From a virus: DNA of 64,000 nucleotides. Below, one piece after another: positions 41,278-50,796 of this stretch (position 1 is the stretch's first letter; each line of letters opens with the position of its first letter). A model generated the notes under the pieces. That model had not been told where the DNA came from, did no database searches, and saw nothing but the letters and a program-made list of their open reading frames with translations. The translations under genes were made by a program, and so were the position numbers. The DNA lies in IMG/VR virus record IMGVR_UViG_3300023197_000086, positions 30,693 through 94,692 of that record; one strand, given 5' to 3'.

Positions 41278-42441
41278 TCACCAGAAGTTTTGATGGTACG
41301 TGCGGCGAGAGCGCATCTCCTGTTCGTCTTGGAATATGAGCGACTGATTCGGGATCAGCGCGTTCTGCGTAGTCGGGATGCCCATGATCCACGCCTCTCG
41401 CCAACGCGTCCGCTCGATGTTGCCGGTATCGTCGTCGCGCAGCGGAGCCAGTGGCTCTTTGGTGAAGTTCTCCACCAACCCAAAGTTCTCGTCGTGGCGC
41501 ATGAGCCGGAACATGGATTCCGTCTGCTCGTTGAAGATGAACTTGCCCGTTGACTCGGCCTCCGGCCAGATCTCGAAGTACGTGATCGGCTCGTTGATGG
41601 TGGGCGGGGTCGACTTGGACTCCTCGGCGTCCGGCTCGAACTTCACCATGGAGCGTGTCCCATCCATGTTGGTGAGCTGCACGCGGGCCTCGCCGTCCGA
41701 GGTGGCTCGCCACTGGCGATAGCGGAAGCCGAGGTCGCCGTCCACCTCCTGGAAGTCCACCAACCCGGTTGCCGACAGGTTCGCATCCAGCGTCATGTCC
41801 CCCATCTGGCCGTTCAGCGATTGCGCGGTGGCGTAGAAGATGTCGCCGGCGCTGACGGGCATCTTCATCTCGCTGGGCGTGTGGACCGGCGGCACCGAGG
41901 ACTTCACCAGCGAGTGCTGGATCAATGTGTGCCCGCTGTCCGGCGTCACCGACGGCCGGTAGTGCCACACGCTGAAACTGATGATCTGCGCGGCGGCGAC
42001 GACCGTCCCGTCCGGCTTCTCCCACAGCGGCGGTGTGGCCGAGATTTCGACGGTTTGCGCCGCCCCGGCCCGCTGAATCCGCATCTCGCCAATGGTGAGC
42101 AACGAGTCCTGTTGCTTCGTGACGTCCGTGTCCGTGCTGACGCTGGTGTTCGTGCTCCAGTCCCAGTAGGAGAAGTGGCCGGACGTGACGAGCTTCCCCT
42201 TCTTAACCGTGTTCTTCTCCACGGTCGTGTGCTTGTTGATCGTCTTGAGCACGGGGATGTTGGAGAACGTGTTCATGTTGTGAAGCTCGCTCACGTTGTA
42301 CTGGAGCGCCGGATGCGCTTGACCCGCGACCGTGACAAGCGGGATCAGTATGTCACCGGGGCTGACGTTGTCGAAGGTCAGCACGCTCCCGTTGCCGTTC
42401 GCGTCGCTCTTGATGAGAGACCAATTGCCGAATGTCGCCAT
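41278..42441 (-). CDS. Hypothetical tail/baseplate protein
   Basis: 387 aa, beta-rich, AGGAGG RBS. Confidence 0.6.
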   Translation of the reverse strand: MATFGNWSLIKSDANGNGSVLTFDNVSPGDILIPLVTVAGQAHPALQYNVSELHNMNTFSNIPVLKTINKHTTVEKNTVKKGKLVTSGHFSYWDWSTNTSVSTDTDVTKQQDSLLTIGEMRIQRAGAAQTVEISATPPLWEKPDGTVVAAAQIISFSVWHYRPSVTPDSGHTLIQHSLVKSSVPPVHTPSEMKMPVSAGDIFYATAQSLNGQMGDMTLDANLSATGLVDFQEVDGDLGFRYRQWRATSDGEARVQLTNMDGTRSMVKFEPDAEESKSTPPTINEPITYFEIWPEAESTGKFIFNEQTESMFRLMRHDENFGLVENFTKEPLAPLRDDDTGNIERTRWREAWIMGIPTTQNALIPNQSLIFQDEQEMRSRRTYHQNFW

Positions 42442-42449
42442 ACGTCCTC

Positions 42450-42809
42450 CTATGCGAAAAACTTGCTCCGACGCATGATCGAGAGCATGAACAGTTCGCG
42501 ATGCGGGGCGATCGTGAGGTCATGGCCTGCGACGTGGTCCATGGCCAGATCACCCAGGTGGAATCCCTCTTCCGGACTGAGCGGATGCGGCTCGGGCGTG
42601 AAGAAGAACGGCTTGCCGTCAATCTCCTGCCAATGGTTCTTCTGAATCCACTGATCGTTCTGTCGCAGGAAGATGCCGAAGTTGTTCAGGTTGATCCACA
42701 TGTCGCCTTCCACCACATGCGCGTAGGGATCGCTGGTCGGGTCGTTAAAACGCCGGTAGACGACGGCGTCGGAGGTATCGCGTCGGTTGAGCGATTCCTG
42801 CATGACCAT
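42450..42809 (-). CDS. Hypothetical tail/baseplate protein
   Basis: EGDMWIN..FHLGDL pattern seen in fibre-associated proteins. Confidence 0.55.
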   Translation of the reverse strand: MVMQESLNRRDTSDAVVYRRFNDPTSDPYAHVVEGDMWINLNNFGIFLRQNDQWIQKNHWQEIDGKPFFFTPEPHPLSPEEGFHLGDLAMDHVAGHDLTIAPHRELFMLSIMRRSKFFA

Positions 42810-43475
42810 TTAGACCAACCTCGCTGCAATGACGCCCAAGTCCTCGCCGACCGTGTCGAGGTTCGGATCCTGGGCGTTGCGATCAATCTGGATGCCGAGC
42901 ATCTGGTCGACGTTGTAGATGCCGATGTCGAACTTGAGGTCGGCGACGATCGGCGACCCGTTGTAGGTGAAGGGAACCGTGATCGGCGACTGGAACGCGC
43001 CGGCCGGTTGGCCGGTTGCCACGTCGACGGGGCGCACGCGCACGTTGAGGGAGGCGTCCCCCGTGTTGGAGCCGATCATGATCACCTTGACCTGCACGAA
43101 GTTCTGGAAGTCGTTGTCCGAGTTCTGGAACAGCACCACGTCCTGAAATCGCATGAGCTCGGCTTTGTTGACGCTGTGCCGCAGCACCCTTGTGGCAAGG
43201 CCGTCGATCATGCCGATGTCGGCGGGCTGGAAGTTGGCGTCCTCGGCAGGCGTGCTCAGCATCTCGCCCACGGCATATCGCCAGCGGTCGGCCAGAATGG
43301 CGTCCTTGTAGGCGTTCAGGTCGAATTCCAACGACTCCCACATGGACGCCCATACGTTGGGGTCGACGTTCAGCCCCGCATCGTCGTGCCAGTCCTCGGG
43401 CGCGATCCGCTTGTCGGGCGGGGTGTGGGGGAATCGGAATTGGTTGATGCTGACGCTAGGGGGCATCGTTGTCAC
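42810..43475 (-). CDS. Hypothetical baseplate-region protein
   Basis: Operon packing. Confidence 0.55.
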   Translation of the reverse strand: MTTMPPSVSINQFRFPHTPPDKRIAPEDWHDDAGLNVDPNVWASMWESLEFDLNAYKDAILADRWRYAVGEMLSTPAEDANFQPADIGMIDGLATRVLRHSVNKAELMRFQDVVLFQNSDNDFQNFVQVKVIMIGSNTGDASLNVRVRPVDVATGQPAGAFQSPITVPFTYNGSPIVADLKFDIGIYNVDQMLGIQIDRNAQDPNLDTVGEDLGVIAARLV

Positions 43476-44448
43476 ACCTGACTTTCTGTAGGAACGCCTC
43501 CAGATCGCCGGCGATCCGGCTGCCGCCGGTGCCGTGATGGTCGGCCAGCGACTGATCGGCGATGGGGCCGCCGGTCGCTTGGTCGTGGATCTGGAAGCCG
43601 TTGATGCCGCGCAAGATCATCTGCACCCCCGCGGCCTTAACCATCTGCGCAAATTGCACCAACTCGTAGAGCGGATAGTCCGCATAGCGAATCCTCGCGC
43701 CTCCCTCCCGAACCTGATGGCTTGCTTTGCCGTGTTCGGGATGGCTGTCCGGTAGTACCATGAAGGCGTCCCACCTGAAAGTCGCCCAGATGGCGTCCCA
43801 CGGGATCTCCACGACGACGGCGGCGTTCAGATCCTTATATGTTCTGAGGTCGGGGTCGCTAGCCGCGTCGACCTCCATCATCGGAATCTCGTTCTCCCAG
43901 ACGTAGAGGTCGCGCTCCTCAATCGGCCGGTCGCCGGTATGGGGATTCGGAAGTGGCTTGATGTGGGGGCGGGTCAGGCCCATCAGGTACGGCTTGTAAT
44001 CCTGCTCGTCCTCGGGGGTGGAAATGCGAGCCCCGAGCCAATGGAGCATCCACCAGATCAGCTTGCGGATGTGGGGCACCGTGGCCTCGCTGTTCTGTTT
44101 GAACAGCTCCATCCGCAACCGCTCGCGCAATGCGTCGCTGGACTCGGTCTGCCCTGTCCGGTTGTCCACCCGGGGATAGACGTCGTAGTCCGCGGCAATC
44201 CGTTCGAGGTGGATGCCTTCTGCCCGGTCGATCGACCACGCGTCGAGGATGGCGAGCAGGGCGACCAGCGCCCGACCGAACTCCCCGGCGGCCACCCGGA
44301 GAAAGCGGCCTTTGAGCGAATCGCGGACCTCCTCGACAAACGTGTCCTTGTCGACGTGAGGCAACAGCTCCTCAAGCAGATAGGTCCACAGCTCTTCTTC
44401 GGCCTCTTCCTCGATCTGCGGCTCGTTCGTCGTCATCGGCATGGGCAA
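43456..44448 (-). CDS. Baseplate wedge protein (P2 gpI / DUF2612-like)
   Basis: IDRAEGIHLERIAADYDVYPR..ESSDALRERLR..EATVPHIRKLI; lies two genes downstream of baseplate J. Confidence 0.6.
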   Translation of the reverse strand: MPMPMTTNEPQIEEEAEEELWTYLLEELLPHVDKDTFVEEVRDSLKGRFLRVAAGEFGRALVALLAILDAWSIDRAEGIHLERIAADYDVYPRVDNRTGQTESSDALRERLRMELFKQNSEATVPHIRKLIWWMLHWLGARISTPEDEQDYKPYLMGLTRPHIKPLPNPHTGDRPIEERDLYVWENEIPMMEVDAASDPDLRTYKDLNAAVVVEIPWDAIWATFRWDAFMVLPDSHPEHGKASHQVREGGARIRYADYPLYELVQFAQMVKAAGVQMILRGINGFQIHDQATGGPIADQSLADHHGTGGSRIAGDLEAFLQKVRCDNDAP

Positions 44449-44457
44449 TCGTTGTCC

Positions 44458-44835
44458 CTAGACGCGGGTGGGCCGCATTTGCTCGAACTGCGGATTTTTG
44501 AGGCCGTGGTCGCGCTCATGCCGATGCGGTTCATGGACGGTAAGGATCGGCAAGACCATGCCCATCTCGGCATCCAGATCCACGTTGCGTCCGAGGCCGA
44601 AGCCATACTCGGTGTACGCCTTGTCGCGGACGAGCCGTTCCACTTCCTGTCGGTAGATGTGGTTCCAGGTGCCTTGCGGGTCGTTGATGACGAGGTTCGG
44701 CATGGCGGCCACGTCCCACAACACCCGCATGTGGCGGGCCTGGACTCCGTGATGCACGGCCCAGTCCATCGCTCGCGCCAGCGCGTCAACGACCTGTTGT
44801 CGACAATGGCGGCAGTCGGTGTAGAGCACTTGCAT
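44458..44835 (-). CDS. Hypothetical protein
   Basis: AGGAGG RBS; CRHC motif. Confidence 0.55.
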   Translation of the reverse strand: MQVLYTDCRHCRQQVVDALARAMDWAVHHGVQARHMRVLWDVAAMPNLVINDPQGTWNHIYRQEVERLVRDKAYTEYGFGLGRNVDLDAEMGMVLPILTVHEPHRHERDHGLKNPQFEQMRPTRV

Positions 44836-44846
44836 GTCGCCTCCTC

Positions 44847-46529
44847 CTAGCGGATCTCCACGCGGACGGCGTCCACGTCGGTGATCGCTTTCTCCGTGAC
44901 CTCGATCGGAAGGTTCTGCGCCTCGAACGGATCGCCTTCAAAAGCGATCTCGATAAGCGGGGCGCTGAGTCCGCGGACGGTTTTGACGGCGGCGTAGAGC
45001 GCGCCGAGGTTGACGGCTTGGCCGGGCGGCAACCCGTTGTGCTGTTGGGCAAGGTTGTCGGTCCCGCCGACCTTGGTGATCGTCGCGTCCTGCACCATCC
45101 GCCGGCCTTCTCCCTCCGGCGGAAATTCCCGTGTGGCCTCGCCCGTAATGCGCACGAAGACACGGCGCTCAACCGCCTCCTGCCAGCGCATCTTGCGCGG
45201 GCGCCCTCGGAAGTCCTCGCGGACGAACTCGATATTCCCCCACAGCCGGATGCCGCCATGCGCAACTGTGGTCAACGCGTCCGCGATACGCTGCTTGGAC
45301 GTGCTGCCATAGATGATGGGCGACAGGCTGTTGGCGGGCAGGCCGTTCGGCTCGTCGTGTGGCGAATCGTTCTGCTCGACCTTGACAAAGCTCATGCCCG
45401 GCAGGTCGCGCAATCGGGCTTCGATCGACTCCGGCGTCCCCGCCCCCGGCTTGTAAAGCTGTTGGCGGCGGCGCATCTTGAACGCCGTCTCGCTCTCCAG
45501 ATTGGTTCCCTCGAGGAAGTCGCCCCGGATGCGCTGGTGGATGGTGAGCTCGAGCGCGTTCCCGGTGTCCTGATTGCCCAGCCGCAGTTGTGGCCCGGAC
45601 GATGCCTGAACGGCCTTTAACTCCAGCTGGTCGTGTGTGCTGCGCTCGAGCAGCAGGGGGATAATGCGCAAGTTGGACACGGCGGGGTCAACCAGCAGGT
45701 CGATGTCCTCGAACGTCCACCGAACGCTGCGCGTCTCGCCGCCGTCCATGTCGAACTCCTGAGCACTGGTGGCGCCGACGAACACGCCCACGTCGTCGTC
45801 GAGGATGGTCCACTTCACCGCAAACCGCGCTGCCGAACTGGACGGGTTGCGCATCTTGATCTCGAACCCGTCGACGGCAGCGGCATACTTGACGTTGCTT
45901 ACCGGGAAGACTTGATGGTTGGCGACGTTCTCCCGGTCAATCGTGACGTAGCCGGCGTCCGGGCCTGTTATCGCATTGGCGTCCTCAATACTCTGGTTGT
46001 GGACGGACAATCCGCCGGGCTCGACAACAGTGTTGATGGCGTCGGCGGCAACGCGGGTGATGAGGCCCCGCTCCACCGACTCCGCCGGTACGGCAGCCAC
46101 GCCGAAGTCGTTGATCTTGAACCCGCGCAGCGGACGATAGTCGAGGCCGGCGTTGCTTTGGGCGATGACGGCGTCGGCGTCGAACTGCTGGCCGGGGCTG
46201 CCACTGAACACCAGCATGCCGCGGGAACGTGTGGCGTCCTGGCGTTCGAGAATGCGGTCTTGGGCGCGATCGACCAACGACGTGCCGGTGGCGTGCTCGG
46301 CAAAGCCGTTCCAGTAGGTGCCCTCGATCATGCGGTGGACGTTACGCGCCAGCAGCACCACCGTCATCAGCGGGGCCATCACCTCGGAGTCGTCGGAGAG
46401 ATCGGGGATCTTGCCGGTGATTTCCTCCCACTCTTCGCTCAAGTGGGTCCGGGCGTCGTTCTCGATCTCCGGCCCGAGCGAGGGAATCATCCCGCCAGTC
46501 GTGACGCCGCGATTGCCTCGATCAACCAT
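44847..46529 (-). CDS. Baseplate J-like wedge protein
   Basis: GTSLVD..RQDATRSRG..F.GSPG; G..LESETAFKMRR..GTPESIEARLRDLPGM..VKVEQN. Confidence 0.8.
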   Translation of the reverse strand: MVDRGNRGVTTGGMIPSLGPEIENDARTHLSEEWEEITGKIPDLSDDSEVMAPLMTVVLLARNVHRMIEGTYWNGFAEHATGTSLVDRAQDRILERQDATRSRGMLVFSGSPGQQFDADAVIAQSNAGLDYRPLRGFKINDFGVAAVPAESVERGLITRVAADAINTVVEPGGLSVHNQSIEDANAITGPDAGYVTIDRENVANHQVFPVSNVKYAAAVDGFEIKMRNPSSSAARFAVKWTILDDDVGVFVGATSAQEFDMDGGETRSVRWTFEDIDLLVDPAVSNLRIIPLLLERSTHDQLELKAVQASSGPQLRLGNQDTGNALELTIHQRIRGDFLEGTNLESETAFKMRRRQQLYKPGAGTPESIEARLRDLPGMSFVKVEQNDSPHDEPNGLPANSLSPIIYGSTSKQRIADALTTVAHGGIRLWGNIEFVREDFRGRPRKMRWQEAVERRVFVRITGEATREFPPEGEGRRMVQDATITKVGGTDNLAQQHNGLPPGQAVNLGALYAAVKTVRGLSAPLIEIAFEGDPFEAQNLPIEVTEKAITDVDAVRVEIR

Positions 46530-46554
46530 AGTGACAGACGATAAACGGAAGGGA

Positions 46555-46983
46555 TCAGGCTTGTAAGCCGTCCGGGAATGGCACGTCGAACTGCTCCTCC
46601 AGCAACAGGCCGTTCACCAGCTCGGCCTCGATGCGCACGGACCAGATGCGATTCTGCCGGTCCACCGTGATGTCGACCGGCGAGATCAAGCGGTCGACAC
46701 GCGGATCCTTCATCACTTCCCGAGCCGCAATCGCCTTAAACAGGTTCTCGTCGGCCGGCTGGTTGTCGCCGCGCAACGTCTGCCAATAAGGGATGCCGTG
46801 CGTGACGTTCCAGACCATCGACCCGCGCCACAGCATGAGGCGGCGATGGGCTGCTTGCGCTACCGTCTCCGCGTTCTCAACGACCTTCAGCCGTCGGGTG
46901 GCCGGATTGAACTCCCAGTCGAGGAAGTCATGCCCGATCTGTTGATGCTTGAACGTGCTGGTGCCAATGTACGGGTTTGCCAT
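46555..46983 (-). CDS. Baseplate wedge/sheath initiator (gp25/W-like)
   Basis: LKVVENAETVAQAAHRRLMLWRGSM.WN..HGIPY. Confidence 0.7.
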   Translation of the reverse strand: MANPYIGTSTFKHQQIGHDFLDWEFNPATRRLKVVENAETVAQAAHRRLMLWRGSMVWNVTHGIPYWQTLRGDNQPADENLFKAIAAREVMKDPRVDRLISPVDITVDRQNRIWSVRIEAELVNGLLLEEQFDVPFPDGLQA

Positions 46984-47001
46984 GGACTCAGCCCCTTTGG
47001 A

Positions 47002-48909
47002 TCAGAACCAGCTGCTCACGGTGTCCCACACCTTCTTCGCGCCGTCGACGATCTCCTTGGCTTGCTCGAACGCCTCTTCGCCCTTCTCAACCGCCTTGTC
47101 GACGTTGCCCTTTTGAAGCTCCTGGGCGGCCTCTTTGGCGTCCTCGCCCGCATCCTTCGCATCCGAGGCGACCTTGGTGACGGCCTCGCCCGCATTCTTC
47201 GCCTTGGCCGCCTTATCGGGGGCGACGTCGGCCGCCTTGTCGAGAAACTCCTCAGGCGACTTGTCGGTCGCGTCGAGCACGTCCTTCACCTTGGTGTTCT
47301 TCAGGTCTTGCAGGTCGGACGCACCGGCCTTGTCGACGAGGTCGCTGGCGGTGTCCGAGCCGAGCGCGTCCTGAATCTTCTTCTGCGGAATCCCGAGGCT
47401 GTTGGCCGCCTCGCCGAGCGTCATATTCTCCATCTCCGAGATCGACGGGATACCGGCTTCGTCAAGCAGCCCCTCGACATCCGAGGGGGCGCCCATCTTC
47501 TCCAGCATGTCCTCTTTGTTCTTGGCCCCGAGTGCCTGGGCGAAGTCGTCCGCCGACTTCCCGGCCGAGTCGGTCAGGTCTTCGACCTTCTGCTCGAACA
47601 TGTTGGGCGGCGGGTTGTTGCCGTCCTCGTCCTCGACGTTGACGAACGACATCCCCGGAGGCTGCGGCTTGCATCGGCGGTGGACCGACTCGCCGCAGGG
47701 CACGTCGGAGGGCGGGACGTGATAGACGATCCCTTTGGCATGGATGTGCAGCCAGCCGTCCTTCTTGTAAACCCACTTGCTCAGAAACTTGGTGCCCGGC
47801 TCGTCGACGGCCCCGAAGACCGTGGCATCCTCCTCTTCGAGGCCCGGCATTTTCGGGTCGCCTTCGGCGCGACCGCCGAAGGGCATGACGACAATATCTT
47901 CCAAGCTGTAGCGGTGGGACAACACGGGCAGATTGGTGGCGGTCTCGGACAGCTCCGGCAGCCCTGACGACGGATCTTTGCTGTACGGAATCTTCTCAGT
48001 CGAGGATGAACCGCTGCTGCTGCCGCCGCCGCCGTTGCCATCGCCTCCGCCGTCACCGCTGTCGCCGAACGGCAGGTCCACGGGGAACATGTCGCCCAGG
48101 CCCTGAGCCATCTTGTCGACACCGTCGCTCAGGCTGTCGACGGCCTTGGACACGTCCGAGTCCTTCCCACCCAACAGGCTGCCGATCCCGTCGCTGATCT
48201 TCTCCAACCCCTCAGACAGACCGGGCACGTCGTCGGGCATGGGCAGCCCGAGTGAGCCCAACCCCTCAGCGATCTTAGAAGGGCCGGGGATGGGCAGCTT
48301 CCCGCTCTGCGCCTGTTCAATGAGGCCGCCGATACCGGGCAGGTCGGTGAGCGCGTCCTCCGCCTCCTCCTGACCCTTCTGCATCTCGGGCAAAGCGTTT
48401 TTCAGATTGGAGATGCTGTCGGCCAGCTTCGGCACGGCGTCGTCCGCGTTACCCTCAGCCAGCTTCTGCAACCCATCAGAGAGGTCCGGGGCGCTGCCGG
48501 AGACCGACCGTGCCCCCTCGGCGGGGGAAGTTCCGCCCAAACGCGCTGCTCGCCGATCCTTGATCAGCTTCGCGGTCGGCACCATCGAGGCGATGCAGAA
48601 GACCATGTCCTTCGGCTCGGGTTCGAGCTTCATGGCATACCGCCCCATCCGATACCAACCGGCGGGGACCGCAGGCTGGTTGTCCGCATCGAGCGCAATG
48701 TCCTCGCGCTCTTGCTCGTAGCGGTGCGGCATGTAGATGGCCCGGTCCTTGGGCGTGACCACCAAGCGGTTCGTCTCTCGGTCGAAGTCCTTGACCACGG
48801 CCCAGAATGCCGTGGTCATCTTGTCCCGCTCCTGGTGGATGAGGCGGACGAACTTGGCCGTCAGCTTGTTCAGGTCTGCAAACTCTGTGCCCTGGTGGCC
48901 GTCACTCAT
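47002..48909 (-). CDS. Baseplate spike (Gp138/gpV N-terminal OB fold) with long helical extensions
   Basis: TAFWAVVKDFDRETNRLVVTP..VP..LEPEPKDMVFCIAS..HRYSLEDIVVMP. Confidence 0.65.
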   Translation of the reverse strand: MSDGHQGTEFADLNKLTAKFVRLIHQERDKMTTAFWAVVKDFDRETNRLVVTPKDRAIYMPHRYEQEREDIALDADNQPAVPAGWYRMGRYAMKLEPEPKDMVFCIASMVPTAKLIKDRRAARLGGTSPAEGARSVSGSAPDLSDGLQKLAEGNADDAVPKLADSISNLKNALPEMQKGQEEAEDALTDLPGIGGLIEQAQSGKLPIPGPSKIAEGLGSLGLPMPDDVPGLSEGLEKISDGIGSLLGGKDSDVSKAVDSLSDGVDKMAQGLGDMFPVDLPFGDSGDGGGDGNGGGGSSSGSSSTEKIPYSKDPSSGLPELSETATNLPVLSHRYSLEDIVVMPFGGRAEGDPKMPGLEEEDATVFGAVDEPGTKFLSKWVYKKDGWLHIHAKGIVYHVPPSDVPCGESVHRRCKPQPPGMSFVNVEDEDGNNPPPNMFEQKVEDLTDSAGKSADDFAQALGAKNKEDMLEKMGAPSDVEGLLDEAGIPSISEMENMTLGEAANSLGIPQKKIQDALGSDTASDLVDKAGASDLQDLKNTKVKDVLDATDKSPEEFLDKAADVAPDKAAKAKNAGEAVTKVASDAKDAGEDAKEAAQELQKGNVDKAVEKGEEAFEQAKEIVDGAKKVWDTVSSWF

Positions 48910-48918
48910 GAAAAATCC

Positions 48919-50322
48919 TTACGGAGGAAGCGCGGCTTGGAGTGGCTTCGCCTTGAGCTTTGAATAATATTCGTCCCCGAATGATGAGCCGACGTGCTCG
49001 ACCGATTGGACCTGGAATTGGACTGTGTTGCCGTTGAACGCCTCCGATCGGACCCGACACCAATGCATCGGCAAAAGGCCGGGACGCAACATGGCTTTGA
49101 TATCCCATTCGGTAATTGACTTATAGCTGCGCGACGGCGTCTTGACGCCTTGCCCGCCCTGGGATTGGACGCGGCCTTCGGGGAACGGGCCATTCTCGCC
49201 TGTGACGACATCTTCGGCCAAGCCACCGGCCCCGCGGTTGACCAGCTGTTCCGCGAGAGGTGGAGCGGGTCGGGTCGCTCTCTCCAAAAGCCCGGCTTGG
49301 CCGCCACCGCTCCCTTCATCTTCAGCCGGTTCGTTATTCGGATTGGTCACATCGTCGTTCATCTGACTTTCCAGATTCGGTGTGGGATTGCCGACCAGGC
49401 CGCCCTCCGCACCGGGTTCGAGTAGAACCCCGGAGTCGAAAAGGCGGTCTTCGATACCCCCTTCCTTCGGGATGAGCAACACCTCGTTGTTCGTCACGTT
49501 GGCATCTAGGTTCATGTCGTTAGCCACGTCGCGGATAGCGGCGCTGATCGTCTGCGAGTCGAACGCCTTCGACTTCTCGTAATTCGGTTCCTCGAGCGCC
49601 GGGATCGACCGAATGCGCCACGGCAGCGGCTGCAGGTCGAGCAGCTTGCGCAGCACGCCGATCTTCGGGCCGGCGCCGGTGCTGACGCCCTGGGCGGTGT
49701 AACCGCGAAAGGCCATGGTGTTCGCCGTAAAGTGCCACACCGTGTCTCGGTCCTCGTGCTCGGGCCAGATCTTCATCACGTCGCCCCAGAAGATCAGCGG
49801 CGTCCAGTCCTGCCATCCGGCGTAGACCTTCATCTGCAAGCCGGACGGCATCTGGTTCATAATCTGTTCCGACGAGACACCCGATCCGGCCATCGGGCCG
49901 AGTTGCGGGTGAATGGCGGCCTGGTCGAGCACGGTGTCGCGCTCAAAGAGGTCCTGGATGGCGAGCATGGTGTCGATGTCGATGTTGTAGATGCTCACCA
50001 TCGCCGGGTTCTGGCCGCCCGTGCTCTCGCTCTGCCCGGACGCCTGTACCTCGAACTCGATCGCCCAGTTGTGCTCGGGGCTGTCTGAGGGACTGTAGTG
50101 CTCAAAGGCGTAGAAGGGCTTGAAGTCGAGCGTATGGCCGACGCCGGGAACAAATTGGCGCCCCGCGTCTTCCATACGCTTGCGCACCTTACGCTTGATC
50201 TGCTCCACGTCACGCGGGAACTGGCTGCTTAGATCGTCGGGCACGTCGGTTGTCCGCGGCGACGGCAGCAACAGCGGCTTGCCGATCTCGATCCGGATGC
50301 GGCGCTCCCACATGTTGGGCAT
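48919..50322 (-). CDS. Baseplate hub (gp27/late-control-D-like)
   Basis: WERRIRIEIG, IEFEV, AMVSIYNI, VYAGWQD..LIFWGDV, IKAMLRPGL..RVRS..FQVQSVEHVG. Confidence 0.75.
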   Translation of the reverse strand: MPNMWERRIRIEIGKPLLLPSPRTTDVPDDLSSQFPRDVEQIKRKVRKRMEDAGRQFVPGVGHTLDFKPFYAFEHYSPSDSPEHNWAIEFEVQASGQSESTGGQNPAMVSIYNIDIDTMLAIQDLFERDTVLDQAAIHPQLGPMAGSGVSSEQIMNQMPSGLQMKVYAGWQDWTPLIFWGDVMKIWPEHEDRDTVWHFTANTMAFRGYTAQGVSTGAGPKIGVLRKLLDLQPLPWRIRSIPALEEPNYEKSKAFDSQTISAAIRDVANDMNLDANVTNNEVLLIPKEGGIEDRLFDSGVLLEPGAEGGLVGNPTPNLESQMNDDVTNPNNEPAEDEGSGGGQAGLLERATRPAPPLAEQLVNRGAGGLAEDVVTGENGPFPEGRVQSQGGQGVKTPSRSYKSITEWDIKAMLRPGLLPMHWCRVRSEAFNGNTVQFQVQSVEHVGSSFGDEYYSKLKAKPLQAALPP

Positions 50323-50374
50323 GGCGCGAGAAGGTTACATGAAACGCGAGGGGGGGCGAAAGTTCGGGCTGCCG

Positions 50375-50794
50375 TCAGCGCTGCTTCGTCGGCGGGCGTC
50401 GACTAGGGTTCTCCAAGGCGTAGTACAGGCTCACGTCCGTGCCCAGATTGTCCAACGTCAATCCGATGTGCATCCACTTGAGCCGTCGATCGAAGGGGAC
50501 GATATGGAGGGCGCGGAACTCGGGGATCCAGTGGAGGCCGTGCAGTGCGTCGATGCCATAGGTCAGCTTACGGCGGGCCAGGATTTCGTCGTCGTTCTCG
50601 ATCTGGAGCAGCCAAAAGTGCGCGTAGTCGTTCCAGTCCAGTTGGAAGATGAAGAAGCGACGGGCGATCGTCTGCTGCCAACGGTAGGGGTACCGGCGTG
50701 CCACGTCCTGCGGAACGGGCAACTGTGTCGTGGTGACGATCGTGGACTGGTTCGGCAGGCGCGTCATGCGCCCCTGGCTGTCGAAAAGCGCCAT
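50375..50794 (-). CDS. Baseplate plug-like protein
   Basis: YPYRWQQTI..FIFQLDWNDYAHFWLLQI; lies between the Dit-like gene and the hub. Confidence 0.65.
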   Translation of the reverse strand: MALFDSQGRMTRLPNQSTIVTTTQLPVPQDVARRYPYRWQQTIARRFFIFQLDWNDYAHFWLLQIENDDEILARRKLTYGIDALHGLHWIPEFRALHIVPFDRRLKWMHIGLTLDNLGTDVSLYYALENPSRRPPTKQR

Positions 50795-50796
50795 CC

